Both the position numbers and the translations under genes were made by a program. Under the pieces are notes generated by a model. It did not search any database, had not been told where the DNA came from, and saw nothing but the letters and a program-made list of their open reading frames with translations. A DNA stretch of 64,000 nt from Bugula neritina (Eukaryota; Animalia; Bryozoa), in assembly GCA_964035545.1 (NCBI GenBank), contig OZ037769.1:13856633-13920632 (forward strand), in the 5' to 3' direction. Positions 48,801 through 59,500 of the stretch are shown here, in pieces (position 1 is the first letter of the stretch; each line of letters opens with the position of its first letter).

Positions 48801-49568
48801 TTTATTCTCTATCACTTGACAACAATAATTGTGTCTCTGATAGACTTGAGAAAATTTTGAAACATTAAACTGACACATTAATTTTAAATATAAATCACGA
48901 TTTAGCCTAAGTTATCTCACGTAAATAGAAAAGCAGACAACTTCTATGTTTCTATATTATCTTATTTTTCTTGTCAATTTCATAAAATTGATTCTTTTTT
49001 AGATCGTACATATCAGTCAAAAATGAAGCATTCCGATCCTTGGGTACGTATGTAATTCAGTTGTAAGTTATTTTTGCTTTCAAGAAAGGAAACTCTTAAT
49101 AGCCAGGAGTTTCAACTTAAGTCTAATGTTTTGCAGGTTCCTGTGTCAAGATCATTTTTAAATTGCAAATGCCGAAAGCACCTGAAAAAGCGGCAAGAGC
49201 AGCTGAAAGAGAAGCAGCTGAAAGAGAAGCAGCTGAAAGAGCAGCAGCTGAAAGAGCAGCTGAAAGAGCAGCAGCTGATAGAGCAGCAGCTGAAAAAGCA
49301 GCTGCTGAGAGAGCAGCTGAAAGAGCAGCAGCTGACAGAGCAGCTGAAAAAGCATATAATGAAGCAGCAGCAACTGAAGAAGCGACAGCCATTAACGAAG
49401 CAGCAGCTGCTGGAGAAGAAGAAGCAGAAGCAGCTGATAAGAAGTGTGAAGAATAACAAAGAGAAGTTGAATCAGATAGAGGAAGTGAATAAGCTGTTGA
49501 AGGAGCACCTCAAAGAGCATTTCCTAAAGTACAACAACAAGAAGCAATGTTTGAGCACTGTCTGCTGA
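41694..49568 (+). CDS. Ser/Thr kinase, MAP3K2/3 (MEKK2/3)-like STE11 family, multi-exon
   Basis: Phase-consistent GT-AG exons 41694-41733, 42014-42046, 42162-42298, 46529-46634, 46852-47022, 47187-47370, 47456-47691, 49003-49043, 49137-49568. Motifs [61 protein letters not shown]. The first and last exons are less certain than the kinase core. Confidence 0.88.
42504..43449 (-). mobile_element. Mariner derivative with inverted duplication of its 3' end
   Basis: TA-flanked TIRs C(A/G)AGGGTGGTTCAAAAAGTAACGCC; arms 42504-42700 and 43253-43449 are inverted copies; ORF 42612-43235 has [22 protein letters not shown] (mariner D,D,D catalytic domain only). Confidence 0.92.
43775..44010. repeat. (TA)n microsatellite with TG/CG interruptions
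   Basis: Direct reading. Confidence 0.97.
44115..44164 (-). ncRNA. Type I mini-hammerhead ribozyme (Penelope pLTR)
   Basis: Minus strand TTTAT-CTGACGA-GTGCAC...GTATAC-GAAA-CTAATAG-TA-ATAAA. Confidence 0.85.
45760..45810 (+). ncRNA. Type I mini-hammerhead ribozyme (inverted pLTR copy)
   Basis: TTTAT-CTGACGA-GTGCAC...GTGTAC-GAAA-CTAATAG-TA-ATAAA. Confidence 0.85.
45895..46400 (-). mobile_element. Second Penelope-like fragment (GIY-YIG C-terminus and 3' UTR)
   Basis: ORF 46099-46431 FKFRYHNH...TELSKYVW...[11 protein letters not shown]...LNTRSDF is paralogous to the end of 44273-45511. Confidence 0.85.
45929..45980 (-). ncRNA. Mini-hammerhead ribozyme of second Penelope fragment
   Basis: Minus strand TTTTGT-CTGAAGA-GTGTATA...TATGCAT-GAAA-CTATTAG-TA-ATAAAA. 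Confidence 0.72.
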
Positions 49569-49878
49569 AAGTCAAATGACAAGATCTCAGTGAATTTGAT
49601 CACTGACTCCATTATCTAAAATGATAACAATAAGTATTTATAGTCAATAAAAGTGTGTATAATTAGTGACATGGTTTAACAGGATCAAGTCAGCAGTCAT
49701 TTCTTTGTAGGAGATGTAACTGAGGTGTCACTGTTTACTAATTCTAAATTGTTTGTATAGAAATGCCATGAAAGACTCAACCTAATTTTATTTCTCTGGG
49801 TAAACTAGCATGATTAAATTAATGTTGAAGTAATTGAAACTTCAAGTTTAGCATTATTTGCTTGTTTTAACAAGATAG

Positions 49879-50199
49879 TGTAGTAGATTTGTGGGTTATA
49901 GAATGAAATCAGGCAGAGAACATAACTCCTTGTTATAGAAGAGACAAGAGAGAGAGGTTGCTGTGTGCTTGCAGTACTTTATTGTAGTAGAGAGAAGTGT
50001 CCAGTGTGAGCTCCAGTCCGCAAGTGGCTGAAGCTCTAAAATGTGTGTCCTTTTATACCAGTGGAACAAAGGACTTCTAGAACCTTCTACCGACAGCGGG
50101 CCGATGTTCGGCAGGGGATACCGACATTCGTCATGTCGGTAACCGACATTCGGTCTGCCTGCATCCACCTGCCGAAATCGGTCCAACTGTCGGTTTACA
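49879..50199 (-). mobile_element. Probable solo LTR
   Basis: TGTA...TACA ends, minus-strand TATAAAAGG (~50053) and AATAAA (~49980), CCGA..TCGG palindromes like 18684-18948; no TSD found. Confidence 0.45.
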
Positions 50200-50504
50200 T
50201 GAATCAACAAAAATGAACCCAACCAAGTGTATGCTATTGTAACTTGTAATTGGGGGAAAGGGGATTAACTATTTACTATGTTAAAAGCTCAACATTAGCC
50301 ATAGTGTTTAAGGTATTAGAAAGTTACGCTACAGACTTAGCTATAACTACAGTATTTAGAAAAATAGCCATAAGTAATGTGTCAAGGGGGATAAGTCTTA
50401 ATATTTACCACAATAGTTCATGTAAAGATAATAACATTGTTATAATTTTCACAATTATATTGAGTATGGGGATTCGTGTATACTATAATTATCCACGTTG
50501 CATT

Positions 50505-50929
50505 TGTTCGGTGTTTATGAAAACATTTATTTATAATTTGTTATTTTATTATTTTACTGTTTTTGTCATAATTTTACTAATAAATTGTCTCACTTATTGT
50601 AATAGTTTTAGTATTATCTTGTCTATATATTGTGGTGATAAATCACGGCTTCGGCCTCTTCCGTTAATCAACTAACTTGAGCACGTTCTCTCTTTTTTAC
50701 GATAGCTGAAATAATATCACAAAATAACATAAAACATGGTGCCCCGAGTCTAATTATTATTAATATTACACTGAAACAACATGGACCAATTACTAGCGCC
50801 GAAACCATTAGCAGATGGACCGAATTTACCTGAAGAGTGGAAGATTTTTAAACGTGATTTCGAACTTTTTTCAACTGCCACATCGAAAGATACAGCCGAA
50901 GGCAAAGTGAAAACTGCATACCTACTTAG
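50505..50929 (+). mobile_element. Truncated copy of element C family (5' LTR, PBS, gag start)
   Basis: LTR 50505-50736 similar to 14038-14269, PBS TGGTGCCCCGAG, MDQLLAPKPLADG... cut off at 50929. Confidence 0.92.
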
Positions 50930-52637
50930 TGTTATGATTTTCAGAATTAGGGTTGATATGCAATCCAGAGAGTCTAATTACTTGCTAGAGAACTTCACCA
51001 GGATAAGTCGAGTGAACGAGTATATATTTTAAACACAATAACACATTACAAAAACTATACAAATACATCTAATAAATCACACATCTAGATTATTCAGCAC
51101 TCTAGCTTCGACTGACTAACAGCGGGAAAACTACTACTACTGCTACTAACTATCAAAGCCGCTAATTAGCTGTCATTGTTCCGGGTCAATTATGTGACCC
51201 TGTGTACCGTGCTGCTGGTAGCTCCACGAGCCACCACACCGCCCCCACCAGCAGAAAGCCCTCTTTCTGATACAGAAAATATTTCATCATTAACCACGTA
51301 CATCAGTAGACCAAAGGAAAAGACATAACATATATAAAGATACATAATAACAGAGAGATTCATTATAACAGCAGGTTACATACAATTGGCCAGCTATAGA
51401 GAAGGAATACCGGCCAGTTGTGGTATTGGACAAGGACTCGAGCTGTCGAGCAGTCAAGCATTTGCATGATAGTCTTGGATCCCCAAGAAGACGAGGCTTG
51501 TGGATCATTCCGGCAGCAGAACCAGAGTTAGTGTTGGGCTCGCCAATGTTTGGCCTGGCATGTACGTAACTTCCTTTTAATCCGGCCAACCGAGCCTTTT
51601 AACTGAAAGAGTCCCGTCGTGGTATTAAGCAGATCCGGTGCTAACTAGGTAAACTCAGCCTGCAGTCGGAGGAGGCGTTCTTCCACTGTGGCTAAGCGAG
51701 CAGGGTCTGGTTCCCCTTTTCTCTATGCATTTGGGTAGCCAACAGATAAGCTTCTACAGCCTTTAGGGCGTCTTCTATCGTGGTTATTCCTTTAGCTCGT
51801 AGTTGATGGTGTAGGCCCAGGTCATTCAGTGACTGGACGAAAGCGTCGTAGGTGTAACGCTCTTGGTGTTGTGCTGGTAGGTCACCATATGCAATTTGTG
51901 CCAACTTCTTCACCGTCGCGGCATGTTCTTGCAGCGAGACCCGTGGGGCGCGGCACAACCTCTGTAAACGGGTCCTAGCGTCCACTGCGGAGATGCCAAA
52001 ACGGGCCCGCAACGCAGCCAATATCCCGTCTACGTGCGTTCCTACTCCGTACGGCTTGGCTTGCTCCGTCAACGCTCTCCGCAATTGGATAAGGGCCACT
52101 CTATGCGGCCATTGGGCAATATCCATTACTTCTCTAAACTCTTGTATAAACTGTTCGACATCTTCTGACCCAGTAAGGGTGGGGGCTTTCAAGCAATATC
52201 GATAAGCTTCTTCTCCCACATGATTCACATGATTAACATCATTTCTACGCTCACCTTCTACTGGGGGTGGTTGCATTCTAGCATTTTCAGTCTCCATCTT
52301 CGATGTACACTATCCCACCGCTGCCACCACTGTTATGATTTTCAGAATTAGGGTTGATGTGTAATCCAGAGAGTTTATTTACTTGCTAGAGAAACTTCAC
52401 CGAGATAGGTCGAGCTAATAAGAGTATATTTTGAGTCTAAGATACATAGTAAAAATGGTACAAAACATTCAGAAAGCTACACGTCTATTCAATCTATTAC
52501 ACTATTCACAACTGGCTAGTAGCGCGAAGCTAACTACTGCTACTCACTAGCAGCTTCGCTAATTGGCTGAGTATATTGTTCGGGGTCAATACGCGACCTT
52601 GCGTATTGTGCTGTTGGTAGCTCCACGAGCCACCACA
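50930..52637 (-). mobile_element. Short gag-only element of the A family (probably chimeric)
   Basis: LTRs 50930-51238 and 52331-52637, PBS TGGTGGCAGCGGTGGGAT (52312-52329), PPT GGTGGGGGCGG, gag ORF 51692-52297, no pol. Confidence 0.85.
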
Positions 52638-53965
52638 ATAGAACCATCAAACTGCTTTAGCCTTGTCCGGTTGTTGTCAAGCTTTGGCTTACCGAGATCA
52701 ACAAAATCTTTGTGATTGAGAATGTTACAGAATGCTCCTGTGTCAATCTGAAACTGTGTCGGTTTGTGACTATCATTCACACTGGCTCTTATAGTTTTCA
52801 TCAACTTTTTGTTCTTTCTGACTACCTGTATGCTCAACAACGATTCACTTGAGCCATCACTGTCTTCTTCTACCATGTTTACTTGCTTCTTTGAGCGACA
52901 TTGAGATCTCCAATGGTTATACTTTTTGCAGTTATGACACTGGTGACCGTATGCAGGACACTTTCTGGGAGGGTGAGACTGCCCACAGTTGCCACAACTT
53001 CCTTTTGAGAAGTTTCCTGTTCGAGTGGACCTCACTGCATTATCATCATCATCTTTGCTTGGCTTATTAGGCTTCTTTCTGGAACTGATGAACTGCACTG
53101 ATTCTTCAGACTGGATTGCAGCCATGTCATTCCTTGAATTCTCAGCAATGCGACATTTCTTTATAGCTTCTTCTAGTCCTAAGCCAGTATCCCCGCTGGC
53201 ATCATCAAATAGCTTTCTTCTTAGTTGGGCATCGTTCCCAGGAGTAAAGCTTGAAGCATGAAATCGTCATACATTGTGTTCAGTTGACACTCTCGAGCGA
53301 TTTTGTGAAGCGAGGTGACATATTCATCAATGTTCATGGTATTCTGCTTGGTTGATAACAGTTGATGTCTTTTGACTACTTTATTAGTGCCTCGTTGACA
53401 AAAAGCATCAAACTTCTCCACAACATCAGCATAGACTTCTTTTGATTTACCATCTGAGAAAGTGAATGTTTTGAATATGTCGTTGCCTCTTGGGCCTATG
53501 CATCTTAACATAATGGCTACTTTGACTTTGTCATCAGAATTTGCTTTCTCAGCTGCTGTGAGGAATAGCTCAAATTCTTCTTTAAATCTCGTCCACTGGT
53601 TGGACAAGTCAGAGCCATCTTGAATAGGCTTGGGGGCTAAAAGTCAACACTGATACTCATCTTGATATTGTGATTTTTTGTTGTTTTTGATTTAGTTGTA
53701 TTGTTTGTTGTCTTTCTTTCCAGCAAACACTTTTACTTTTAGTTTCTTTAAGTCCTCACTCGGGGCACCATGTTTATGCTATGTTTGCTTTATAGATTCA
53801 GAGACCAGTCAAAGAGTTTAAGATAGTTTATTGCTCAAGATATTAAAGGTCCACTCTGGATAGATCTAAAAGCACAAACTGACTATTATTAATAACACGA
53901 ATAACATAGTATAAAGTATAAACCTTTACAAACAAAGACAAAGTTTATTCAGCATATCATCAACA
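52638..53965 (-). mobile_element. Truncated Mag-like Gypsy element (LTR, gag, protease start)
   Basis: LTR 53771-53965, PBS TGGTGCCCCGAGTGAGG, frameshifted gag homologous to element C (CGNCGQSHPPRKCPAYG), FQIDTGA protease, cut at 52638. Confidence 0.88.
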
Positions 53966-54387
53966 GTGTATATCTTGGTATTTTTTTTATGTGTGTATAT
54001 TTTTTATGTTGGTTGTATCGCTCTTGTTTTTTTATACATATATTTGTGTTCTTTTATTCTACACTTCCCTCCCACTCTATTTTTTAGCAGAAAGTAGGCT
54101 CCCTGCTGGAGGGGGCGGTGTAGTGGGCAGTGAAGCGTAAGGCTACGTGCTCACTAACCAATCATCATTAAAACACGTGATTACCCCCCCCCCGCCCCCC
54201 CCCCCCCGCGGCGAAGTAGAAAGGTTTCCGGACAGTAATTTTAGATATATAACAGTTAGAGCGTGATGCTGATTGTGATAAGACACTTTTTATATATGTG
54301 TGTTATTAAACTTGTGCTAATTTTATTCGCTACTTAGTACATTCAATAAATCTTCTTCTATCTCGATTTCCTGTCTGGTGTCTAACA
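53966..54387 (+). mobile_element. 3' end and LTR of another A/E-related Gypsy element
   Basis: CCTGCTGGAGGGGGCGG PPT region like that of E, followed by TGTAGTGG...CTAACA (54119-54387) with AATAAA. Confidence 0.65.
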
Positions 54388-54934
54388 ATGCAACGTGGAT
54401 AATTACAGTATACACGAATCCCATACTCAATATAATTCTGGAAATTATAACAATATTACTCACAGCGTTTTTAATAGTTTAAACTATATTATGTTTCATA
54501 AGTTAACATGTCTATGATCATAACGATAACAGCAAAATAAAGTGAAAATTGAATTTTTGATGAGGAAAGATAACTCTTGATAAGTTCAATTTTCGTTATA
54601 ATTATTTCAATTTTGTCATTATTTATTTATGTTTTTTGGTTTAAACGATTGTGAAATGTTCATTATTCACTGAAGAATAATTTTAAAATGGTTTCAATGA
54701 TTACAACTGTCTAAAAATGTGAAAATAAAACGGACATTGTTCGCGACACCCATTTTAGTTATAAGGGGGGTTTTGACTAAAATGGGTATCACGGACCGCG
54801 ACACCGGGTGGCCACCCATTTTAGTCACACCCCTCTAGGGTATGAACTTAGCTGAAGAAGGCGTTTTTAGTCCGATCGCCACCATATTTAATTGGCCCAC
54901 ACTCTTCAAAAAACGTCCGCACAATTGGTGGAAA

Positions 54935-55089
54935 ACAACCAATGACTGTAGGGATATTTGACCTATTTAATAACGACATTATATCGGTGTGACGTCAGGT
55001 AAATTTGGCGTAATCTCCGCCATTTTCTTCTACACATCCAGCTAGCGTTGATCACCATAGCAGAGGAGAGAACTCCTTCCAAAAATCAG
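54935..55089 (+). promoter_or_regulatory. Putative promoter/non-coding first exon of the zinc-finger gene
   Basis: CCAAT (~54939), CRE TGACGTCA (54990-54997), YY1-type CCGCCATTTT (55017-55026), CpG enrichment, candidate donor CAG|GTTTG at 55089. Confidence 0.55.
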
Positions 55090-56591
55090 GTTTGTGCAGA
55101 AAAAAGGTTGATAATGTTATGAATAAATTTGCGATGGTAATGCACGAAGTTATCAATGATTGACATTATCATTATGTAGTGTTTGTTTCTAAAAGCGTCA
55201 TATTCACATTGGACTTGGTTATACTTATTGTCATTGTGATTGTCATTGACTCATTCAGTCATTGTGATTGTATTTGTGGTGGCCTTTGGCCTTACTATAA
55301 CTATTACTTATACTATCAGTAACACCAACAGTAACTGCCATACGCCTACGGTAAGACGTACACTTAGTCTTACAGTTAGTGTTACTTTTATTCTTAGACT
55401 TAGAGCTAGGGTCTTACTGTTACCCATTCTAATTCTTATTCTCGTTATGATGAATAATAAATATTTATACTATGCCATTCGATTCAATTTCATACTCATA
55501 CCCATACTGTCATACTCATAGTATCACTTATACTTATAGTTATTAGTTATTTACTATTACTCATTTACTGTTAGTATTACTATTACTATTAGTGTACAAG
55601 TATTACTATTACTATTAGTAACACTAACATCATTCTCACTTCTCAGACCGATATGGTGATGGTCAATGGTAACTCAATCACAATGTCAATGTGATATTCT
55701 AATTCCGTATTCATGGTGATAACTGATGGTGAATGTGAATTCCATAGTCATACTAATAATAATACTGATAGTAATAGCAATATTATAACTATAAGTATAA
55801 GTATAACATTAAGTTTAGCTTTATAATAATAAGTATAAGGTGAACTATTACTAATAGTAATACTGTTGGTATTACTATAGTCGTAAAACGTAGAAACTGA
55901 AATCACTGCTAAAAGTAAATCTAAGACTAATTTTTACATTAAGACTTACTGGAAACCTTAATTATAACTTTTACTAGTGGCATTTCTATTAGTATTACTA
56001 TTGTCATCTAGTTCTATTAACTGTAACTTGACGTTATAGTTCTTCCCAGTCATCACCATTATGATTATTCCTATTATCATCAACATCAGGTCAATAGAAA
56101 TTGCCTACCAGTGTTCATTTAGGCTTTAATTTTAACTTTAAGTATGAGTTATGACGTGCAACTGTAGGTACGAGTGCAACATCAATATACTTATAGCTAT
56201 ACATAAATTATAGGTGATAAGTCATAGCAATTATTACAAATACATTTAAATATCACTCATCATAACCAAATTTAATCACTGGTTCAGTTTGCGAAAATGT
56301 TGATTAGTGCGTTACACCTTACAAGTACATTTATAGCTCTTATTTTGTTAATTGAAAGTGTTGCACCTCAAAGTAGTTTTCGGCTAACTCTTCACTATAG
56401 TAAAATATATTTTTATTGTTTGGTGTTTAGTCCTACAATACAAAGATAGGTTTATTTTCCTACGACCTGTAGAAACGACTCAATGAAATCAAACCTATCC
56501 CTGAACCATACTTGTGATTAACTAGATTTGCTTTATGCTGTATATTTTGTCAGCTCAGACCAAAATCACCATCAGTTTGTTACCCACAAAA

Positions 56592-59500
56592 ATGCCTCCT
56601 AAGAAAGCAGCAACCACAAAGACTGAATCACCTCCTCGTAGGAAGGTTGGCAGACCTAGAAAGACCGACATTCCAGTTGAAGGTATAGCAACTTGGAATA
56701 ATTGATATAAAATATCTATTGGCTGATAGATGTTTTGAATAATTTTGAAGGAAGTCACTAGTCAGATGGGTTTGTAGTATATTTGTCTCTTCAGTTCCAA
56801 ATGCTGGGGTTTGTGTTAACCAACCGAAAATATGGTTTGTAGAAATTGAAGCAGAGCCAGCCGAAGAAGCTGCTCAGGCAGAAGAGATCGAGGCTGAGCC
56901 AACAGAAGAGCCAACAGCAGTAGTTACCCCCTCCCGTAAGTTACGCCGCAGCATATTAAAAGACGTTATATTAGCAGGCTACAGACTGTATGTATCGGAT
57001 ATAGCAAGTGAGTTAAGGACTGTATTGCTATTTTTTCGTGTTATGTAGCTCGAAAAAGGGGCCGCCCCAGGAAGTCGAAGCCTCAAATAGAAAGTGTAGA
57101 AGAGGAAGATGGAATCACTACCATCACTCTAAATATTGACGATCTCATAAACATGCCAATAGGAGATGCTGCGTCTCCAGCCACTCCTGGAGGGAGGAAA
57201 AGAAAAGCCCCAAACAAGTCTTCTACTACCAAGTAAGTCTGAGTTCTTTCTACTGGAGATCAAGTAGGAGTGTAAGACATCGTCTCCTTAGGCTTGACCT
57301 AAGTTGGCTACCAGCTTGAGTCACCAACACAACATTTACTTTCATTATATATAAATAAATATATATTTATCTACTTATATCTTTACAGGCCAGTAACTTC
57401 ATTAAAAATAAATATATGAAAATTGATTTTGTTGACTGCTTTATTTATATGAATAATTCAGTCAACAACAAAATATTTCTTGTTTATTTTATATACATGG
57501 AATAAGATGCATGGTGTGACAAAGGTTCATACTAATATGTTTCCTTACAGGAAGAATAAGTCAGATAATATCATCAAAGAGATTGGAGGGGCTGGTGATG
57601 GGGAGAATCTAATACAGTGTACTCTCTGTGATGCTAAGGTTAGTTCCTCCCCTCTGTATCAGTCTGCCCCAATAGCTTATTCTCTTTACTCAGCACTATT
57701 TATGCTACTCTATCTGCTAAATGTACAAGTTTCTATGGTTTTATAGATAATACTGCCAATATATCGTGTATGTATATTAGCTCTGTGTTGTCTCCATGTC
57801 TAAGCTGTGTACCCACAGGTTGTACAACTGGTCCGCCACATCAGGGCTCAGCACGGTGATGATCCTGACTATGATAACAAAATCAAGGAGGCCAGGCTGT
57901 TGGAGGCAAAAGTGCAGAGCTCCGGCCCTCGCAAGGTACAGTAAATCATATGATATAGTATAGGATAGTATGTTATAAGATAGTGTAGTGTGTAATACTG
58001 TATTTTGATATAGTATAGTGTGTAATACTGTATTATAATATAGTGTAGTGTGTAATACTGTATTATGATATAGTATAGTGTGTAATACTGTATTATAATA
58101 TAGTGTAGTGTGTAATACTGTATTTTGATATAGTATAGTGTGTAATACTGTATTATAATATAGTATAGTGTGTAATCCTGTATTTTGATATAGTGTAGTG
58201 TGTAATATTGTATTATAATGTGGTGTAGTATGTAATACCATATTATAATGATGTATAGTGTGTATACTTTGCTGTGACATGCAGGCTGCCAGCACCATCC
58301 TCGATGACTTGACTATCACTGTCAGCAAGATGTCCAGAGAGCCAGTGGTGGACAGAAGAACCATCCCCAGTGAGAGAGGCAACAGTCTGGTGAGACCCAA
58401 GAACACGCAGTGTCCCATCTGTGAGAAGGTAACTCCTCGCTTATATGACTCATCGCCTCTACAGTCCTTACCTGCCAGTGTTATATGATGAAACAGGCCT
58501 TTTTGTTGAATGTGGAAATGAAATCTATCCCCGCACATGTGAGCAGAGTTTGTCAGTGTCTTATAGCTACACGCTCATGTGTGTGAATTGCAGGTGGTGA
58601 GACGCTATGACCTGAATAAGCATATTAGAAACGTACACTCTGGTGAGAAGCCCAACAAGTGTCCCTACTGTGAATACGCCTCTCCTTGGAAGGGCAATCT
58701 CAACACTCATATTGCAGGAGTCCACACCAAGGTACACCCTCTCACAGTCTGCCAGTGGTTGTTCAGTCAGTGAAGTAGTTGAGGTGTTCTCGGCTATATA
58801 CCTCTCTACACTTGTGTGTGGCGTTATGTATCCAGTGCTCTGTGGTACAATGTTTGCCAGTTTTAGTGGTGATATGCTGATAGTTGGGTAACGTATTCTT
58901 GTAATCATTATTTTGAGTTTTGCTGTGTTTTATTTTCAAGGCTCGCCTGCACGACTGCATCCGATGTGGCTTGTCTTTCAAGACGAGAAGCGCTATGATT
59001 GGTCACGTGCGTAAAGTTCACGACAAGATGTACCAACCCAAAGAGAGGCTGTTTGAGTGCGAGGAGTGTAACAAGAAGTTTTATAAAAAGTTTCACCTGC
59101 AGAGGCATATCCGCGTGCACACTGGTAAGCTGATGTTTGTTCATTCGAGTCATTTCTCTCCTGTAGTTTACACTGTGGTCTATGCAATATCAGGCTGTTG
59201 ATAAACTTGTATGGTTTTCTGTATATTCGAGACATTTTATTCACTTAAAGTTTTTTGGCTTTTTCTATGAATTTACATGAAATATGAATCATGAGCTGAT
59301 GAGCTGTTAGCTCTTACTAAATGTTGTTATTCTGATACAGTATGTTATCTGTGTACTCTGTAGTCATACTGATACTGATTATATTCACGGTGTACTCTGT
59401 AGTCATACTGATACTGAGTATATTCACTGTGTACTCTGTAGTTTTACTGATACTGAGTATATTCACTGTGTACTCTGTAGTTTTACTGATATTGAGTATA

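Noticed and set aside
57777-58538. 253-aa minus-strand ORF
   Set aside because: Antisense to ZF exons and spans a 30-bp minisatellite.
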